A stretch of DNA of 64,000 nt from a virus: UHGV virus genome UHGV-1372779; one strand, written 5' to 3'. This document shows positions 60,449 to 64,000 of the stretch, in pieces. Position 1 is the first letter of the stretch; each line of letters begins with the position of its first letter. Position numbers and translations under genes: made by a program. The notes beneath the pieces are model-generated. The model was given only the letters and a program-made list of their open reading frames with translations, was not told where the DNA came from and ran no database searches.

Positions 60449-60811
60449 TTAATTTATTCCTAATTCTGCACAATCAGAATCAACTATAGATTTAATTTCT
60501 GCTCTTATATTCAAGAAATCTAAATATTTCTGAATATAAGATTCATCTAATAACCCCTCTTTCGCAGAGTTATAATCATTGATTAATTTCTTTTCATCTT
60601 CGTTAGTCCAAATGGACTCAATTGCTGCTTTTAAAATAGTATCACTATCTGGTTGTCCATAGAATACAATCTCATTACATTTATATTGAGTTGCAGGCTC
60701 TTCACCTTCTTCTCTCTCAACTGTAATTTGTTCTATGCCCCATCTATAGAAATACTTATTATTAACTATTTTTTCTAATTTTTCAGGCTGAAAGTCATAA
60801 TATGCGTTCAT
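60449..60811 (-). CDS. Acidic hypothetical protein of 120 aa immediately downstream of the RT. It is not Avd-like.
   Basis: ORF only. It is acidic rather than basic. Confidence 0.45.
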   Translation of the reverse strand: MNAYYDFQPEKLEKIVNNKYFYRWGIEQITVEREEGEEPATQYKCNEIVFYGQPDSDTILKAAIESIWTNEDEKKLINDYNSAKEGLLDESYIQKYLDFLNIRAEIKSIVDSDCAELGIN

Positions 60812-61808
60812 AATCTTGTCTAATTAAATGTTTCGGATTATAAATTTTGTTTAATAAATTCTGTGAATTACAATGTTTAGCCCAACTCCTATAACTAGAC
60901 ATTATCATTTTATATTGTCTGTAGCATAAGTATCTTTTATTAGTTCTAGCAGCTAATTTAGCAAACTTCTTCTTTGTCTTTTTTCTTAACAAAGTATGAG
61001 TATGCCTAAATACATATCCTACAAAGTCTATTCCTCTTATGGCAACAGGAAAGACTTGATAATTTTGTTTAACAGTTAATTTTAATGTTGCAAGATATTC
61101 CTTGATTTCTATTAATAAGTTATGAAGAAATTCTTTATTAGAATGTAATATAACTATATCATCGGCATATCTGTAATAAAATTTAACTCCTTTGACTTCT
61201 TTCAACCAATGGTCAAAATATGCTAAGAATAAATTAGCAAAGAATTGTGATAGATAGTTACCTATAGGAACCCCAGGTGCAGAGTCTATTATCTCATCTA
61301 ATAGAGATAATAGTTTTTTATCCTTTATCTTTTTCCTGATTATCTTCTTCAATATATCATGATCTATTGAAGGATAGAATTTTTTAATATCAAGTTTAAG
61401 ACAATATTTAGTTTCCTCTACATTTTGTCTAAGTTCTTTTTTTAATTTTCTAACTATTCTATGTATTCCTCTGTTTTTAATACAACTATATGTATCAGCA
61501 GTGAATACAGAAACCCAAATTGGCTCCATGATATTCATTATAGCATGGTGTACTATTCTATCTGGATAATATGGAAGCCTAAAGATTTCTCTTTCTTTAG
61601 GCTCATATATTTTAAATATTTTATATTCTGAGGTTTTATATGTACCAGATTTTAATTGTTCATGAAGTTTAAGAATATTTTCTTTTCTATTCTTATCATG
61701 TTTCATTACTCCAAAACTTCTGGTTTTGCCCTTTCTAGCTTTAGAATCAGCTAACTCTAGGTTTTCTATACTAATTATTTGCTCAAATAAATTATTGATT
61801 CTTTTCAT
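60795..61808 (-). CDS. Reverse transcriptase of the diversity-generating retroelement, 337 aa.
   Basis: The RT motif-4 DGR signature 'IGNYLSQ' and the catalytic 'YADD' ('YRYADDIVIL') are both present. The gene is adjacent to, and co-oriented with, the TR/VR pair. Confidence 0.85.
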   Translation of the reverse strand: MKRINNLFEQIISIENLELADSKARKGKTRSFGVMKHDKNRKENILKLHEQLKSGTYKTSEYKIFKIYEPKEREIFRLPYYPDRIVHHAIMNIMEPIWVSVFTADTYSCIKNRGIHRIVRKLKKELRQNVEETKYCLKLDIKKFYPSIDHDILKKIIRKKIKDKKLLSLLDEIIDSAPGVPIGNYLSQFFANLFLAYFDHWLKEVKGVKFYYRYADDIVILHSNKEFLHNLLIEIKEYLATLKLTVKQNYQVFPVAIRGIDFVGYVFRHTHTLLRKKTKKKFAKLAARTNKRYLCYRQYKMIMSSYRSWAKHCNSQNLLNKIYNPKHLIRQDYERIL

Positions 61809-61977
61809 ATTTTTGTTTTCTAATGGGAACTTTCAAATTGCATTTGCATTGCAATTACTACACTATGGTATTTTTGCACTGTTGCACTTTTACTAATACC
61901 CTCTGAAGGGTTTATTTTTTGCCAAGAGGCAAGGCCTTCACAAGTATATATTAGTTTTTGATATTCTTGAAAACACT

Positions 61978-62083
61978 AAGCTGGCCGCTGACATTGGCAT
62001 TGGCATTAGACACGCTGTTGTTCGAATTACAGTAGCTGAAACTGGAGTTGGCACTGTTATTACAAGAGCTACCAAGCAGCAAC
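61978..62083 (-). repeat. DGR template repeat (TR), intergenic.
   Basis: It is 106 bp long, shares about 82% identity with the VR, lies in the 320-bp gap between the RT and the target, and its coding strand is rich in AAY (Asn) codons. Confidence 0.8.
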
Positions 62084-62129
62084 AAGGTTGTGAACAGCCT
62101 ATATTATATTGTTTTTAACTCATAATATT

Positions 62130-64000
62130 CTAGATTAGGTAACAAAGCCGGCCGCCGACATCGGCATAGGCAGCAGACACGCCGCGGTGCGAATAACAGT
62201 AGCCGAAACCGGAGAGGGCACCGCTATAACAAGAGCCACCAAGCAGCAACGTACGCAAGCTACTTGAGCTTATAGATGTATAAAAATAATCACACCAATA
62301 AGTAGTAGAACCTCCACCATTATCAGAAGGAGCAAATTCACCATTCTCTCCAAAGATTAATTTAGTCACATAACCATCTTTCCTTGGGACATTTCCAACT
62401 TTAGTGAATCCTTCTAAGGTATCTCCGAATTTAGTTTTATCACTAGTTGTATAGAACTCACTTGTGCCTCCATCAGCATCAGTTTTAATATCAAATATAG
62501 CTCCTTCTACATTAGTCCAAATATGACCAAAAGGATTCTCAATTCCTCTATATCTACAACAAGCTAATGTAGTAGGAGTATCAACCTTATAATCATCTGG
62601 AAGATTTACAATAACTTCTCCAGATCCAGATGCCAATGAGTTAGATGCTCCACATTTTAACATTGGATAATAGCTATTATAAGCACTCCAATCAGAAGAA
62701 GCTAATGTAGTAGCTCCATTTCCTAAACCACCTTGCTTATATCCTTCAGCAGTTAGTTCTGAATTAACAGCAGCCTGGCAGTTTCTGTTAGCATATTCTA
62801 CATAATATAACCAGAATACAGTCTTCCAAGATTCATAATCCATTTCATTCCAATTATCCCCTCTATTTCTAGCTCTAGTTCTCATAGTAGCTCTAGTCAT
62901 ATATGTAGCACATTTTCCTAATTGAGATTTAGATAAAGTATCCCAATCAGCTTGATTGTTTCCACCTCTATATTGTTCTGTTTCATTACATACAGAGGCT
63001 AGTTTATTATTAGTTCTATCTAAAGCAGCTTCATAAGCTCCTACATAGACCTTAGGAACTTTAGTAAATCCAGTACATTTACCTTCTGATAAGTAACATC
63101 TTCTAATATTACCGTCTTCTTCAAATTTTCTGTAATGTTCTGGTATTTCTATCATAACTTGTCCATCAGTTCCATCTAGATTAGATGCTTCTCCTGTGAT
63201 TTTCTTACTCCAATCATTAGGATTTAAGTAATAATTTACACTTCCATCATCATTTAAAAGACAAGCTTTCATTTTAGATTGAATAGGCAGAGATTTATGT
63301 AATGACATATCTCCTATTCTTGTACAAGTTGGATCAGATACAGTAGTATCCCATTCTATACCATAGACTTTGTTTAGATAAATCTCTCCTTCTGAGTTAA
63401 ATGAGAAATCAGAGGATAATTTAACTGCTCCTAGAGTAGATTCTGTTGCAGGTCTAAGGTTATCATTAACTGTATCTTCTATATTATCTAACATTGATTT
63501 ATAATTATTCGAAAAGTCATTGGTGGAAAGAGATTTACCTTCGACTTTATCTACTTTATTTCCTAGTTTAGTTGTTAATTCAGCATTGGTGTCTAGTTCA
63601 TCTAATTTAGTTTTTAGATCATTAGTGAAGTCATTAGTTGATAATGATTTACCATCAATCTTGTCCACTTTGTTAGATATAGTTGCTACTAGATTCTTCT
63701 CAGCTGTTGTATAATTGTTATCAGAAAGAACCTTAGAACCGTCTTTATCGACCTTAGTTTCTAAATCAGATTCAATAGTTGCAATCTTCGCAACTTGTTC
63801 TTTTTCTGCTGTAGTATAATTATTATCTGATAACACTTTTGATCCATCCTTATCTACTTTTGTGTCTAATTCAGTATTAATTGTACTGATATTTTCATTG
63901 ATTGTGTCTATATCACCTTCTATAGTTGAGATGTTTCCCTCTATAGTTGTAATATCAGATTCAATAGTAGGAATTTTGTTTACATTTGTTTTATCTCCAT
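62130..64000 (-). CDS. DGR target gene, a tail-fibre-like protein with tandem ~20-aa repeats and a C-terminal VR (C-type-lectin-type 'GGSCYSG...GYCYSHRG' end). Partial: the frame is open to the window edge.
   Basis: The codon at 63836 that the track annotated as the start is GTG. The frame continues '..TIEGNISTIEGDIDTINENISTINTELDTKVDKDGSKVLSDNNYTTAEK' to position 64000. It contains the VR. Confidence 0.75.
   Translation of the reverse strand, partial: GDKTNVNKIPTIESDITTIEGNISTIEGDIDTINENISTINTELDTKVDKDGSKVLSDNNYTTAEKEQVAKIATIESDLETKVDKDGSKVLSDNNYTTAEKNLVATISNKVDKIDGKSLSTNDFTNDLKTKLDELDTNAELTTKLGNKVDKVEGKSLSTNDFSNNYKSMLDNIEDTVNDNLRPATESTLGAVKLSSDFSFNSEGEIYLNKVYGIEWDTTVSDPTCTRIGDMSLHKSLPIQSKMKACLLNDDGSVNYYLNPNDWSKKITGEASNLDGTDGQVMIEIPEHYRKFEEDGNIRRCYLSEGKCTGFTKVPKVYVGAYEAALDRTNNKLASVCNETEQYRGGNNQADWDTLSKSQLGKCATYMTRATMRTRARNRGDNWNEMDYESWKTVFWLYYVEYANRNCQAAVNSELTAEGYKQGGLGNGATTLASSDWSAYNSYYPMLKCGASNSLASGSGEVIVNLPDDYKVDTPTTLACCRYRGIENPFGHIWTNVEGAIFDIKTDADGGTSEFYTTSDKTKFGDTLEGFTKVGNVPRKDGYVTKLIFGENGEFAPSDNGGGSTTYWCDYFYTSISSSSLRTLLLGGSCYSGALSGFGYCYSHRGVSAAYADVGGRLCYLI
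62145..62250 (-). repeat. DGR variable repeat (VR) at the 3' end of the target gene.
   Basis: All ~19 mismatches to the TR fall at TR adenines on the coding strand (T on plus). On plus they read T to C, A or G. The VR carries a GC-richer IMH-like end (gtcggcggccggc, against TR gtcagcggccagc). Confidence 0.8.

Noticed and set aside
60449-60811. The 120-aa ORF next to the RT as the DGR accessory protein Avd.
   Set aside because: It is strongly acidic, whereas Avd proteins are small and basic. No other candidate lies between the target and the RT.
61978-62250. The TR/VR direct repeat as a CRISPR array or a simple tandem duplication.
   Set aside because: There are only two copies, no repeat-spacer periodicity, one copy is inside a coding sequence, and the divergence is strictly adenine-specific.
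574-63714. Many short plus-strand ORFs (60-160 aa) in the six-frame track, for example 574..777, 2173..2451, 3214..3519, 30881..31372, 54997..55332 and 63520..63714.
   Set aside because: All lie antisense inside long minus-strand genes, have low-complexity Ser/Leu/Ile-rich translations typical of AT-rich antisense frames, and have no intergenic space of their own. The one exception is the plus-strand GIY-YIG ORF, which is kept.
7093-63836. Track 'M' starts at 10119, 17728, 48393 and 63836.
   Set aside because: The codons are TTG, TTG, TTG and GTG, printed as M by the ORF caller. The real boundaries are, respectively, an intron junction, a downstream ATG (17719), another downstream ATG (48369), and an ORF open to the window edge.
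1-64000. tRNA or rRNA genes, or CRISPR arrays.
   Set aside because: No cloverleaf-like GC-rich ~75-nt segments or repeat-spacer arrays were seen in the intergenic gaps. Apart from the introns, every gap is under 220 bp.

Overview
This window is AT-rich phage or virus-like DNA in which nearly every gene lies on the minus strand.

Main gene content:
- A run of very large ORFs (1008 to 2962 aa) is interleaved with a candidate capsid and lysis module and with three homing-endonuclease genes.
- One giant protein carries a complete SF1B helicase motif set.
- Four adjacent proteins share an N-terminal 'KLQxGG' leader.

The three strongest calls are:
- A complete diversity-generating retroelement (DGR) at 60.8 to 62.3 kb. 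It has a reverse transcriptase (RT) with the DGR 'IGNYLSQ' motif. An intergenic Asn-codon-rich template repeat (TR) lies beside a variable repeat (VR) at the C-terminus of a tail-fibre-like gene. TR and VR differ at about 19 positions, all of them TR adenines on the coding strand. The tail-fibre-like gene runs off the window.
- A group I intron (recognisable P, Q, R and S cores and a 9-bp P1 that includes U:G) carrying a LAGLIDADG homing endonuclease. It appears to join the '2138-aa' and '1008-aa' ORFs into one protein of roughly 3180 aa.
- A second, related group I intron carrying a GIY-YIG endonuclease. It sits between a 195-aa and a 296-aa ORF (candidate major capsid protein exons), downstream of a scaffold-like acidic gene and followed by a strong terminator.

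Other features are a freestanding plus-strand GIY-YIG gene, zincin HExxH motifs in putative ejected proteins, a GC-rich small gene with its own terminator, and Bacteroidota-type TAnnTTTG promoter-like motifs. The general architecture resembles crAss-like or other large podophage virion-cargo modules, but that assignment is inference only.

Several ORF-track start positions are TTG or GTG artefacts and have been corrected in the feature calls.
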